Shown: in pieces, positions 1 to 9,593 of the stretch | Layout: every line of letters starts with the position of its first letter | Numbering within the stretch: position 1 is the first letter of the stretch | Assembly (NCBI GenBank): GCA_043816185.1 | Contig: JBDRIG010000110.1 | Location: forward strand, 1 to 26,302 | DNA length: 26,302 nt | Reading direction: 5' to 3' | Source of the DNA: Elusimicrobiota bacterium | GTDB taxonomy: Bacteria > Elusimicrobiota > UBA8919 | Made by a program: the position numbers and the translations under genes | Notes under the pieces: model-generated | Database searches by the model: none | Told to the model about the DNA's origin: nothing | What the model saw: only the letters and a program-made list of their open reading frames with translations

Positions 1-192
1 CTCACGGAGCACCGCATACACTATTATTTTTCACCTTATGACTTTTAGCGGTGCGAGTGAGAGCCCGCCCTCAAAGGCGAGGCGTTTCCGCGAAGCAATT
101 CCCGAACGCCCTTCTGACGAGCGTCTCAAAGAAACTTATTCTCGAGCGCCATTCTAACGAGAGCGTCTAAAAAAAATTTGCTTGCGAGCGAC
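1..192. repeat. GC-rich palindromic intergenic element with degenerate direct repeat
   Basis: ctcac..gcaccgc (1-15) pairs with gcggtgc..gtgag (48-61); ggcgtt/aacgcc hairpin (81-110); two degenerate copies of ttct(g/a)acga..gcgtct..aaa..tt..cgagcg (112-148, 152-190). Confidence 0.45.
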
Positions 193-196
193 ACTT

Positions 197-1543
197 TTAT
201 TCCCCTGCAACTGACAATCTGTTTATTAGTAGCGACGGACTTCCTGTATTTCCATAAAACCTCAAATCATTTCCAACGCTATCAACATTGTTAAACAAAT
301 CTAATATATTTCCCGCAATCGTTATGCCATGAACAGGAAATTTTTTAATACCATTTTCTACAAAAAAACCATTTATACCAATGGAAAACTCGCCGGAAAT
401 TGCATCGGCATTGTGCATGCCCATCGTCTCAGTTATCAAAAGTCCACTACCTTGAATATTTTTTAACAGTTCGTCGAGAGAAAAAACACCTTTTTGAATA
501 TAGATGTTTGTCGGAGCAGGACGAGAAATTCCAGAATAACTTCTCGAAGAATTGCCCGTTGATTTTACATTATCTTTATTTGCTGTATATAAATCGTAAA
601 GATAATTTTTAAGTACTCCTTTTTCTACCAATACAGTTTTTTGTGTTGGCATACCCTCATCATCAAAAGATGATGTCGCGATACCCTCAGAAAGCGTTCC
701 ATCATCAACAATATCTAATTTATCGGAGCATATTTTTTTATTAAGTTTTTCTTTGAGAAGCGATACGTTTTTTTGCACGGCATATGCAGAAAACGATGAA
801 TCTAAAAGTGAGAGAAATTCACATGCAACATTTTGATTAAGTACGCAAGGATAATTTCCAGTTTTTATTTTTTTAGCACCCAAAAGGTCAATAGCATTTT
901 TTGCCGCCTCATTTGTAATGCCCTCAAAATCGAGTTTGCTTAAAACCCGTTTTACTGACGATTCTCCGCCAACCTGAATTTCCTTACCGTCGGTAGCAAT
1001 ACATGAAATTCCATACGAAAAAATTGTTCCATTAGAGGAAAGCTCAAGATCGTTGCTGTTAATAATATATGTTTGACTTATCGATTCAGAGTAAATCGCC
1101 CTTATAACACTTTTTATTTTATTATTTGACAGTGCTAATTTTTCCATTTTTTTGATAAGTGAAATTTTTTTTTCTACAGTTTGACTACCAAACGAATCGT
1201 CACAAATATCCAGTTCAAGATTGTATGTTTTTGAAGGAGTTGCAAGTGAAACATATTTATCCGATCTTAAAAACTCTGAATTTTTTAATGCCGCAGATAC
1301 TAAATCATTTATTGTCTTGTCGCTAAGGTTATTTGTATATGCAAATCCATGTTTTTCATTTTTTATAATTTTGACCCCTACCCCATACGATTTTGAAATA
1401 TAAAAATCTTCAAGTTTTCCATCCGACCAAACAACGGTTGTATTATTAGTACAATCGGTAAAAATTTCCACATCTGACGATAGCCCTACTATTTTTTGTG
1501 CTTTTACAAAAACATCTCTGAAAAATTTTTTATTGATTGTCAT
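197..1543 (-). CDS. pmbA: TldD/PmbA family protein, PmbA/TldE-like
   Basis: FDDEG-x-P motif, GVLKNYLYD, STGN, SGEFS, C-terminal GSPSLLI; no HExxGH zinc motif, consistent with PmbA rather than TldD. Confidence 0.88.
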   Translation of the reverse strand: MTINKKFFRDVFVKAQKIVGLSSDVEIFTDCTNNTTVVWSDGKLEDFYISKSYGVGVKIIKNEKHGFAYTNNLSDKTINDLVSAALKNSEFLRSDKYVSLATPSKTYNLELDICDDSFGSQTVEKKISLIKKMEKLALSNNKIKSVIRAIYSESISQTYIINSNDLELSSNGTIFSYGISCIATDGKEIQVGGESSVKRVLSKLDFEGITNEAAKNAIDLLGAKKIKTGNYPCVLNQNVACEFLSLLDSSFSAYAVQKNVSLLKEKLNKKICSDKLDIVDDGTLSEGIATSSFDDEGMPTQKTVLVEKGVLKNYLYDLYTANKDNVKSTGNSSRSYSGISRPAPTNIYIQKGVFSLDELLKNIQGSGLLITETMGMHNADAISGEFSIGINGFFVENGIKKFPVHGITIAGNILDLFNNVDSVGNDLRFYGNTGSPSLLINRLSVAGE

Positions 1544-1547
1544 ATTA

Positions 1548-1766
1548 TTAATGATCTACTAACGACGCCCAAACCATATAAAATGCAATTATAGAAAATA
1601 GTATAAAAAGTGCACCAATTTTTTCTCGCCGAAGAAGCACAAAAGCATCATTAAACAAAAACTTGTTTGCGTAAAAATTTATTTTTATAACTGTTTTCGG
1701 TCTATACAGATAGATGTAGCCTAAAAACAACAGCACAATTCCACAGATAAGTTTCACTGTAACCAT
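1548..1766 (-). CDS. Small two-helix membrane protein, unknown function
   Basis: 72 aa, two hydrophobic segments, AGGAG RBS upstream, ends 4 nt before the pmbA start. Confidence 0.7.
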   Translation of the reverse strand: MVTVKLICGIVLLFLGYIYLYRPKTVIKINFYANKFLFNDAFVLLRREKIGALFILFSIIAFYMVWASLVDH

Positions 1767-1885
1767 AGTTTTCTCCTAAAAAATAACTGTAATAAAATCA
1801 GAGATGTTAGCGATAATGTTTCTCATCGTTGTCGTTGTTTTTTAATTGTTGCAATCAGGATAATTGAGGATTTTTCAATACTCCT

Positions 1886-1913
1886 ATTTTATAAAAACAT
1901 TGCAAAATGTCAA
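1886..1913 (-). promoter_or_regulatory. Putative sigma70 promoter for small membrane gene/pmbA
   Basis: TTGACA (1913-1908), 16 nt, TAAAAT (1891-1886). Confidence 0.45.
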
Positions 1914-1928
1914 TTTTTTTTATACATT
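1900..1928 (+). promoter_or_regulatory. Putative sigma70 promoter for Nudix gene (overlapping divergent promoter)
   Basis: TTGCAA (1900-1905), 17 nt, TACATT (1923-1928); ATG 7 nt downstream. Confidence 0.4.
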
Positions 1929-1935
1929 GGTGTCT

Positions 1936-2463
1936 ATGATAGAAAACACAATAAAATCAAAAAAAATTTATGGCGGTAGAGTCCTCAATTTTTATATTGA
2001 CGATGTGTCTCTTCCAAACGGAAAAACTGCAACCAGAGAATATATTCGTCAGCCTGCTGCATCTGCTGTAATACCATTTATTGACGACGATAAAATAGTC
2101 CTTGTTAAACAATATAGATATCCTGTAAAAAAAATAACATATGAATTACCTGCTGGAAAAATTGATGTTGGTGAAAAAGATATTGACTGCATTAAAAGAG
2201 AACTCGCAGAAGAAACTGGGTTCACTTCAAATAATATAAAAAAATTGATTTCCTTTTATCCGTCAACAGCATTTTCGACGGAAATGTTGCATATATTTGT
2301 GGCAAAAAATCTTATAAAAATTAAGGTATACCCTGATGAAGACGAATTTATAGAACCAATAATCGTTGATTACAAAAAAGCACTAAAATGGATTGAGACT
2401 GGTAAAATAGTAGATGCAAAAACACTTATCGGACTACTTTATTATTTTAAGATGTCTCGTTAA
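1936..2463 (+). CDS. nudF: Nudix hydrolase, ADP-ribose pyrophosphatase-like
   Basis: Nudix box ELPAGKIDVGEKDIDCIKRELAEETG, QYRYP, DEDEFI, DAKT; likely start is ATG 1936 (MIENTIKS) rather than TTG 1864. Confidence 0.85.
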   Translation: MIENTIKSKKIYGGRVLNFYIDDVSLPNGKTATREYIRQPAASAVIPFIDDDKIVLVKQYRYPVKKITYELPAGKIDVGEKDIDCIKRELAEETGFTSNNIKKLISFYPSTAFSTEMLHIFVAKNLIKIKVYPDEDEFIEPIIVDYKKALKWIETGKIVDAKTLIGLLYYFKMSR

Positions 2464-2921
2464 TTTTCCTCGTTAATTTCTTTCATAACTGGTACTTCGT
2501 TGCAATCTGGAAACAATGGACATTTAACACATTCAAACCATATCTTGTGAGGCAAAATGTCTTTTGGAACAATTTTAAATCCAAGTTTTTGAAAAAATGC
2601 TGGCTTAAATGTGAGGGCAAAAACTTTTTTCACTCCGAGTTGTTTTGCAGTTGATATACATTTTTTAACAAGTGCTTTGCCAAAACCATTATTTTTATAA
2701 TTCAGCATCACAGCAAGCGATCTTATTTCGGCAAGATCTTCCCAAGTTATAAAAAGCTCGCAACAACCGACAATTTTTTTATCAACTTCAACTACATAAA
2801 AATTTTGCAATTGTTCATAAATTTGACCTAACGACTTTGGTAACATTTCGTCGTTTTTAGCATAGTAGTTAATAAGTTTCTGGATTTCTTTTACGTCTGA
2901 CATTCTCGCCTTTCTCATCAT
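2460..2921 (-). CDS. argA: GNAT acetyltransferase, short ArgA-type amino-acid N-acetyltransferase
   Basis: RKARMSDV, WEDLAEIRSLAV, VFALT, LPHKIWxECxxCxxFPDCNE typical of the short N-acetylglutamate synthase family. Confidence 0.75.
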   Translation of the reverse strand: MMRKARMSDVKEIQKLINYYAKNDEMLPKSLGQIYEQLQNFYVVEVDKKIVGCCELFITWEDLAEIRSLAVMLNYKNNGFGKALVKKCISTAKQLGVKKVFALTFKPAFFQKLGFKIVPKDILPHKIWFECVKCPLFPDCNEVPVMKEINEEN

Positions 2922-3433
2922 AATTTTGTACCCCTTATAAATGCTGATAAATTAAGATCCAAAAGATTTTTTCTGTCCTTTAAAACACTCTTAATAATAT
3001 CAGAAACTACTTCGATAGAAAACAACTTTGTAACCGCTACAAACTTACCAATCATAACCATATTCGCCACACGAATATCTCCAACCTGAGAAGCTATCTC
3101 TGTTGCAGGAACACAAATTGTACCTGACGGTTTAGAATAAACGAGCGATGAATTAATAAATAGTAAACCGTCTTTACTTAATTTTGGCAAAAATCTATTG
3201 TATGACTGCTCGTTCATAACAATTAAGGTGGATGGATGATTTAATAACGGTGAACCAATTTCAATATCGGAAATTATTATAGAACAATTTACAGTTCCGC
3301 CTCTTATCTCAGCACCATACGACGGAAAAAATGTCGTATATTTATTAAGAGATGCGGCCACCTCGCACAAAAGATTACCAAAAAACATAATCCCTTGACC
3401 ACCACTACCAGCAATAATTATTTCTTCTCGCAT
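2918..3433 (-). CDS. 2-oxoacid:ferredoxin oxidoreductase gamma subunit
   Basis: AGSGGQG, PSYGAEIRGG, ANMVMIG motifs. Confidence 0.92.
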   Translation of the reverse strand: MREEIIIAGSGGQGIMFFGNLLCEVAASLNKYTTFFPSYGAEIRGGTVNCSIIISDIEIGSPLLNHPSTLIVMNEQSYNRFLPKLSKDGLLFINSSLVYSKPSGTICVPATEIASQVGDIRVANMVMIGKFVAVTKLFSIEVVSDIIKSVLKDRKNLLDLNLSAFIRGTKL

Positions 3434-4168
3434 TTATTTATTTTTATAAATCCCAAGTGGAAATGTTTTTGACAGAACCTCGTCCACCCATTTTACCGAC
3501 TCAAGCGGAGTCATCTGCCATCCAGTTGGACATTGTGATAAAACCTCAACCATTGAAAATCCACGATTATTTATTTGATTCTCAAATGCCTTTTTGATTG
3601 ATTTTTTCGCCATTAAAATATTTTTAGGGCTTGATATAGAAACTCGTTCAAGGTAACAAACACCGTCAAGTGAAGATAAAAGCTCGCAAGCCTTTAATGG
3701 ATAACCATCTCTTTTGGCATTCCGACCATTCAATGTGGTTGCCGTCTTTTGTCCTAATATTGTGGTCGGTGCCATCTGTCCACCCGTCATTCCATAGTTC
3801 GCATTGTTAACAAAAATTGTTGTAATGTTTTCTCCGCGATTGGCAGCATGAATTATTTCGGCAGTACCGATTGCCGCTAAATCACCGTCGCCCTGATATG
3901 TAAAAACAATTCTATCGGGAAGACACCTTTTTATGCCAGTTGCGACGGCAGGAGGCCTTCCATGTGCTGCTTCTGTTACATCAAAATTCCAATAATAATA
4001 TGCAAAAACTGCACAACCAACTGGTGCAATGCCAATTGTCTTTTCACGAATATCAAGTTCATCAATTACCTGTGCAATAAGACGATGAATTATACCGTGA
4101 CCACAACCAGGACAATAACTATTAATTTTATCTTGTAAACTTTCCGGCTTTGAAAAAATTTTTTTCAC
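3434..4168 (-). CDS. 2-oxoacid:ferredoxin oxidoreductase beta (TPP-binding) subunit
   Basis: [38 protein letters not shown] start with AGGAGAG RBS. Confidence 0.93.
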   Translation of the reverse strand: MKKIFSKPESLQDKINSYCPGCGHGIIHRLIAQVIDELDIREKTIGIAPVGCAVFAYYYWNFDVTEAAHGRPPAVATGIKRCLPDRIVFTYQGDGDLAAIGTAEIIHAANRGENITTIFVNNANYGMTGGQMAPTTILGQKTATTLNGRNAKRDGYPLKACELLSSLDGVCYLERVSISSPKNILMAKKSIKKAFENQINNRGFSMVEVLSQCPTGWQMTPLESVKWVDEVLSKTFPLGIYKNK

Positions 4169-4226
4169 CTAATCTCTCCTACAATTCTATATAATCACAA
4201 TCCTTTCGTCTTCACATTTTTTTGAT

Positions 4227-5306
4227 TTACTTTGAAAAAGATTCGGCTTTCAGCATCTCTTTGATTTTTCTAATTACTTGTTCTTCGCTAAAAATTGCTC
4301 CACCAGGGGCACCTAAAAACTCAACAGGACATTTTCCATTTACAGCAAGTTTTACATCTTCAACCATTTGCCCCAAATTCATCTCGACAACAAGAATCTT
4401 TTTTGATTTAGATGCAGTGTCCGAAATTACTTTTTCTGGAAACGGCCAAAGCGTTATCGGTCTTATTAAACCGACTTTTTTCCCGTCCATCTGTCTTAAT
4501 TTTTTTACGGCCGATTTACAAATTCTCGCTGCAATTCCAAACGCTACGACTATTATTTCAGCATCGTCTATAAAATCTGCCTCATATCTTATTTCGTTTT
4601 TTTTTATCTCATCATATTTTTCTTTGAGATGCCAATTGTGTTTTTCAAGTCCACCCTCTTCCATTATCAATGAACGCATTAAGCGAGGTTCTCTGTCTTT
4701 ACATCCATCTAACTTCCAATTTTTTTCCAATTTCAAATTTTTGGTTTCCGATTTCCGACTAATATTTATCGGCTCCGCCATCTGTCCAACAACTCCATCA
4801 CTTAAAATCATAACGGGAATTCTATATTTATCGGCTAAATCAAAAGAAAGACAAGTTAGGTCGTACATTTCTCTAACTGAATAAGGAGCGAGTACAATAA
4901 GACGGTAATCACCATGACCACCGCCTTTTGTCGCCTGAAAATAATCTCCCTGACTTGCAGAAATATTTCCTAAGCCAGGTCCTCCGCGTTGAATATTGAC
5001 AATTAAGCACGGAAGTTCCGCACCAGCAAGATAAGAAATTCCTTCTTGTTTCAACGAAATCCCAGGCGAAGATGAAGACGTCATCACACGCTTACCACAC
5101 ATAGCTGCACCAAAAACCATATTTATTGCCGCAAGTTCCGACTCAGCCTGAACAAAAACCCGTCCCAACTCAACCATTCTTTTTGACATATTCGCAGGGA
5201 TTTCATTTTGCGGAGTTATTGGATAGCCAAAATATGCGTCACAACCTGCATCAATCGCACCCTCGCAGATTGCAATATTTCCTTTCATTAGTATTTTTTT
5301 ATTCAT
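4227..5306 (-). CDS. 2-oxoacid:ferredoxin oxidoreductase alpha subunit (VorB-like)
   Basis: GYPITPQNE, QAESELAA, TSSSSPGISLKQE, RGGPGLG, LWPFP, VEMNLGQM. Confidence 0.93.
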   Translation of the reverse strand: MNKKILMKGNIAICEGAIDAGCDAYFGYPITPQNEIPANMSKRMVELGRVFVQAESELAAINMVFGAAMCGKRVMTSSSSPGISLKQEGISYLAGAELPCLIVNIQRGGPGLGNISASQGDYFQATKGGGHGDYRLIVLAPYSVREMYDLTCLSFDLADKYRIPVMILSDGVVGQMAEPINISRKSETKNLKLEKNWKLDGCKDREPRLMRSLIMEEGGLEKHNWHLKEKYDEIKKNEIRYEADFIDDAEIIVVAFGIAARICKSAVKKLRQMDGKKVGLIRPITLWPFPEKVISDTASKSKKILVVEMNLGQMVEDVKLAVNGKCPVEFLGAPGGAIFSEEQVIRKIKEMLKAESFSK

Positions 5307-6658
5307 TATTCGCCCTTTATCATTTGTCCTTCTATCGCATTAAAAGTTTTATTGAGAATAGTAAACATTTCATTTTTTTTTATAGATAATGGCAAATAGA
5401 GGTAGATAATATTACCGAGTGGACGTAAAATTATTCCATTTTTAAGCCCTTCTCTATAAATTTTCAGCCCGATTCTTTCTTCAAAACTAAATGGTAATTT
5501 TGTTTTTTTATCTTTGACTAATTCTATCGCACCAATCATACCGATATACCGCACATCTCCTACTAAAGGTATCGCTCTAAATCTTTCCATTTCTTTGTGA
5601 AAAATCGGAATTAAGCTTTTAATTCTATTTAATGTATTTTCTTCTTCGAAAATTTCAAGAGATGCCAAAGCGGCAGCACAAGATATTGGATTTGCAGTAT
5701 AGGTGTGACCATGATAAAACGTCTTTTTTTTATTATAATCATCGTAAAATGTTTTGTAAATTTCGTCGGTAGTTAAGGTTACCGCAAGAGGCAAAGTGCC
5801 AGAAGTTATGCCTTTAGAAAGACACATAAAATCAGGCTCAATATCATCTACATATTCACAGGCAAACATTTTTCCCGTTCTTCCAAATCCCGTTGCAACT
5901 TCATCTAATATCAATAAAATATCATATTTTTTTGCAAGTTTGGAAACTTTTTTCAAATATTCTTTTGGGTATATTATCATGCCACCCGCCGCCATAACTA
6001 AAGGTTCAAGAATAATTGCGGATATTTCTTTTGCTTCGGTTTTTAATAAATTTTCTAATGGTTTTATGCACTCAATACTACAATTGGATTGTAGTTTATT
6101 CATCGGGCAACGATAACAATATGGTGACGGTATTTTGAATGAAGAAAAAAACAACCGCGAAAATACCTCATTAAAAATTCCTACACCACTAACACTCATT
6201 GCACCAATAGTGTCGCCATGATATCCGAGATCCAAAGATACAAATTTTGTTTTTGTTTTTTTACCATTATTTTGCCAGTACTGAAAACTCATCTTTAAAG
6301 CTACTTCCACCGACGTTGAGCCATTGTCTGAAAAAAATACTTTGGTCAATTTTTTTGGTGTGATAGAAACAATTTTTTCCGCTAATAAGATGGCACTTTT
6401 ATGAGTAAAACCTGCAAACATTATATGGTCTAAAGAATTTAATTGTTTTTTGATCGCCGATTTTATCTTCGAATGATTATGCCCGTGAACATTACACCAC
6501 CAACTGGAAATTGTATCGTAATAAAAATTACCTTTATCGTCGTAGAGTTTAATACCTTTGGTCTTTTCTATCAAAATTGGTGGAAATTTTTGATAATCCT
6601 TCATTTGAGTATAGGGATGCCATATATATTTTTGATCTTTTTCTAACCACTTATTCAT
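5306..6658 (-). CDS. bioA: Adenosylmethionine-8-amino-7-oxononanoate aminotransferase
   Basis: IWHPYTQM, SSWW, GYHGDT, DEVATGFGRTG, LSKGIT (PLP Lys), HGHTYTANP, RPLGN. Confidence 0.96.
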   Translation of the reverse strand: MNKWLEKDQKYIWHPYTQMKDYQKFPPILIEKTKGIKLYDDKGNFYYDTISSWWCNVHGHNHSKIKSAIKKQLNSLDHIMFAGFTHKSAILLAEKIVSITPKKLTKVFFSDNGSTSVEVALKMSFQYWQNNGKKTKTKFVSLDLGYHGDTIGAMSVSGVGIFNEVFSRLFFSSFKIPSPYCYRCPMNKLQSNCSIECIKPLENLLKTEAKEISAIILEPLVMAAGGMIIYPKEYLKKVSKLAKKYDILLILDEVATGFGRTGKMFACEYVDDIEPDFMCLSKGITSGTLPLAVTLTTDEIYKTFYDDYNKKKTFYHGHTYTANPISCAAALASLEIFEEENTLNRIKSLIPIFHKEMERFRAIPLVGDVRYIGMIGAIELVKDKKTKLPFSFEERIGLKIYREGLKNGIILRPLGNIIYLYLPLSIKKNEMFTILNKTFNAIEGQMIKGE

Positions 6659-6788
6659 ATTTTTTTAATCTTTTTTTTCTTCATCACTTTTTTTCATTAT
6701 CATTTTCATCTCACAAACTATTACAAATTGGTGTGGAATTTAATATAAAATATGAACGGTCTAAAGGCCATTCACTACCATTGCTTTA

Positions 6789-6929
6789 TCATTACGAGCG
6801 AAGCGAAGCAATCTCGCCTTTGTCTTTAACATCGAGATTGCCACGAGTCCCTGTGTAACACTTCACAATTTCGGTAACAGATTTCTTGAGTTTATGGTAA
6901 AAGATGGCTTGCGACACAGTCTGAATGAC
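6789..6929. repeat. Palindromic TCATT(A/G)CGAG...GCAATCTC/GAGATTGC repeat with nested ~70-bp insert
   Basis: gcaatctcg (6808-6816) / cgagattgc (6833-6841) arms; insert bounded by ctgtgt (6851) and acacag (6914-6919); terminal aatgac at 6924-6929; related halves at 24092-24133 and 25418-25456. Confidence 0.6.
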
Positions 6930-6981
6930 GGCTTGTTGCAATGAGCACGAACATAAAATAGGTTGTCAGTAAATGAGTCGC

Positions 6982-7689
6982 TTAACGAAGCGGTGTTGTT
7001 AGCTTACAAAAAATCCTATCAGACATCGGAACAAATGCTTTGTTTAATAATCTCGTATCTTTTTGCCACGGCAAAATTCCTAATATTTCTTCTTTTGCTA
7101 ATTTACTTATTATTTGAGGATTATCTCTCAAAATAATTTTATTCTCGTTTTTATTTATGTTATTAAATATAATCCCTAACATTTTCATACTTCTCGCTTT
7201 TATTGCTTCTATGGTCAAAAGTGTATGATTTATGCAGCCCAATTTATTCGCCGCCACAACCAAAATCGGTAGATTTAGTTCTTTAACTATATCTATTATT
7301 AATTTTTTTTTATTGTAAGGTACAAGAAGTCCTCCCGTTCCCTCAATAATTACAAAATCAAATTGCTTTACTAAAATATCAAAACTTTTTTTTATCTTGC
7401 TAACATCAATTTTTCTTTTTTCCATAGCCGACGATAGATGTGGTGAAGCAGCAAGCTTAAAAATATATGGAGACATATGTGCTGAGCAATCTTTTATATA
7501 TTTCCGATTCACCCCAATAAATTTTAGATGCGTTTTGATATCCACAGAAAAAAATTTATTGCCCGTCTGTATCCATTTCTGAGTAATAACACGATAGCCT
7601 TTGTCCAAAAGACACTTTGCTAATAATCCAGTGACAGTTGATTTACCCACATTTGTATCGGTTCCAGTAACAAAAACTGCCTTAATCAT
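6982..7689 (-). CDS. bioD: Dethiobiotin synthase
   Basis: FVTGTDTNVGKS P-loop, ASPH, IEGTGG, LGCINHTLLT. Confidence 0.96.
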   Translation of the reverse strand: MIKAVFVTGTDTNVGKSTVTGLLAKCLLDKGYRVITQKWIQTGNKFFSVDIKTHLKFIGVNRKYIKDCSAHMSPYIFKLAASPHLSSAMEKRKIDVSKIKKSFDILVKQFDFVIIEGTGGLLVPYNKKKLIIDIVKELNLPILVVAANKLGCINHTLLTIEAIKARSMKMLGIIFNNINKNENKIILRDNPQIISKLAKEEILGILPWQKDTRLLNKAFVPMSDRIFCKLTTPLR

Positions 7690-8464
7690 TTTTATATTTT
7701 TTTCCCTGACAATAAAAAATCTGATAGGTTGCCGTTAGATTATTAAATTTTTTCTTATATATTTCCTCTATCGCGTTTATTCTTTCATGAGTCCAAAAAC
7801 TATTGACAGAAATGCCATTCCCCCTTGTTCCTGTGTATCTTATTTTATTTAATAATTGCATCAATGAGTCGTATTTTTCTTGAAAAATCTCCTCTTCCAC
7901 GAGAACATCATTAAAATTCTTTTTCAAAATTTTTTTTAGCACACCTTTCTCGATAAATCCACAAGAACTTAAATTTATGTCTTTTCCGAGCAATTCTTTC
8001 AAAGAAGCATTTAGTTCATAAAATGTTTTTGGACCAAATATAGAAAAAATAATAACACAACCATTTCCGAGCAATTTCTTGTATTTTGCCAAACTTTTTT
8101 CTAAATTCAAAAACCACTGAAAGCTCGCATTAGACGTAATTATGTCAAACTTTTCGTCGAGTTCCATAATTTCTGCGTCTGCTACAACAAACTCAATTTT
8201 GTTATCAGCTGTTTTTTTACTGGCTATCTCTACCATTTTATTAGAAATATCAACAGCTTTTATATTTGCGTCTATAAACTTCTCTTTCAAAAGTAAGGTA
8301 TAGTTTCCTGTTCCACAACCAATATCCAAAATTTTTTCGCCAGAGGAGGCGGATTTATTTTTTTTAATTTTTGAAACGAGTACTTTTGCCGAATGATTTT
8401 GCACAGAACAATAATCATCGTAATGGTCGGCATATTTGGAAAAATTTTTTTTAATTATATTCAT
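7682..8464 (-). CDS. bioC: Malonyl-ACP O-methyltransferase
   Basis: F-x-x-x-A-x-x-YD...Q, ILDIGCGTG, SNASFQW, FGPKTFYEL, ATY; located in bio operon. Confidence 0.9.
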   Translation of the reverse strand: MNIIKKNFSKYADHYDDYCSVQNHSAKVLVSKIKKNKSASSGEKILDIGCGTGNYTLLLKEKFIDANIKAVDISNKMVEIASKKTADNKIEFVVADAEIMELDEKFDIITSNASFQWFLNLEKSLAKYKKLLGNGCVIIFSIFGPKTFYELNASLKELLGKDINLSSCGFIEKGVLKKILKKNFNDVLVEEEIFQEKYDSLMQLLNKIRYTGTRGNGISVNSFWTHERINAIEEIYKKKFNNLTATYQIFYCQGKKYKND

Positions 8465-9593
8465 CTATAATTTCAATTAATTTTTGCAATGTTTCCCTGC
8501 TATGACAATATGTTAACGAAAATCTCAAACGGGACTCGCCGACTGGCACTGTAGGTGGTCTTATCGGTAAAACCCAGTACCCTTGCTCTCGTAGTTCATT
8601 GCTGAACTTTATTGTTTTGGAAACATCTCCAAGAATTAATGGAATTATTTGCGAGGAACCACTCGTCTCAAATCCCATTTTTTTAAGTTCATTGCGAAAA
8701 TAATCGGCGTTTTCCAAAAGTATTTTTCTTCTAAATGGTTCTTTTTTTATCAATTCCAAACTAACTATATTGGCGCAAATTATTGAAGGCGGAAGCGACG
8801 TTGAGTAGATAAAACTCCGACAAGTATTTATTAAGTAATCGGTAATATTTTTTGAACATGCCAAATACGCCCCAAAACTTCCGAGTGCTTTTCCGAATGT
8901 TCCCATAATTAATTCAACCCTGTCCGTCAATTCTTCTTCTTCCACAACGCCACTTCCATTTTTTCCAAAAATTCCAGTAGCGTGTGCTTCATCAACCATT
9001 ATTTGGCAGTCATATTTTTCTTTTAATTCAACAATTTCTTTTAAATGAGCTTTATCTCCATCCATGCTAAAAATTGTTTCTGTAATTATAAAACAATTTT
9101 TAAACCTGCTTCTTTCTTTTTTTAGCAGATATTCTAAATGATTTGGATCGTTGTGTTTGAAACGGAAAAATGTTGCACCAGATAATAATATTCCGTCTAT
9201 TATACTTGCATGATTTAATTTATCTGAAAAAATTACGTCGTTTCTCGTCAACAATGAGCTTATTATGCCGAGGTTTGCCTGATATCCCGAATTAAAAACC
9301 AACGCACTTTCCTTCCCTTTGAATAGCGCCACTTTCTCTTCCAATTGGTGATGAACTTCCAAATCGCCACTCAAAAGTCGAGAAGCACAACTGCTGCTAC
9401 CAAACTTTTCTACTGCTTCTTTTGATACTTTTTTAAGTTCAGGATGATTTGCAATTCCAAGATAATCGTTAGAAGAAAAATCAAAATACTCCCTGTCCTT
9501 AAAATAAATTTTTCCTTCTCTGCGCAAAATTGCTGGATGTAATACTCTAAATAGGTTTTTCTTTTCCTCTAAAAATTTTTCTAAATCAATCAT
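8451..9593 (-). CDS. bioF: 8-amino-7-oxononanoate synthase
   Basis: FSSNDYLG, SGYQAN, HASIIDG, FSMDGD, VDEAHATG, GTFGKALG, IRPPTVP. Confidence 0.96.
   Translation of the reverse strand: MIDLEKFLEEKKNLFRVLHPAILRREGKIYFKDREYFDFSSNDYLGIANHPELKKVSKEAVEKFGSSSCASRLLSGDLEVHHQLEEKVALFKGKESALVFNSGYQANLGIISSLLTRNDVIFSDKLNHASIIDGILLSGATFFRFKHNDPNHLEYLLKKERSRFKNCFIITETIFSMDGDKAHLKEIVELKEKYDCQIMVDEAHATGIFGKNGSGVVEEEELTDRVELIMGTFGKALGSFGAYLACSKNITDYLINTCRSFIYSTSLPPSIICANIVSLELIKKEPFRRKILLENADYFRNELKKMGFETSGSSQIIPLILGDVSKTIKFSNELREQGYWVLPIRPPTVPVGESRLRFSLTYCHSRETLQKLIEIIDEYN

Noticed and set aside
4222..4884. 220-aa plus-strand ORF and similar antisense ORFs (13312..13833, 16785..17180, 23060..23515)
   Set aside because: Shadows of well-supported minus-strand genes with no recognisable motifs.
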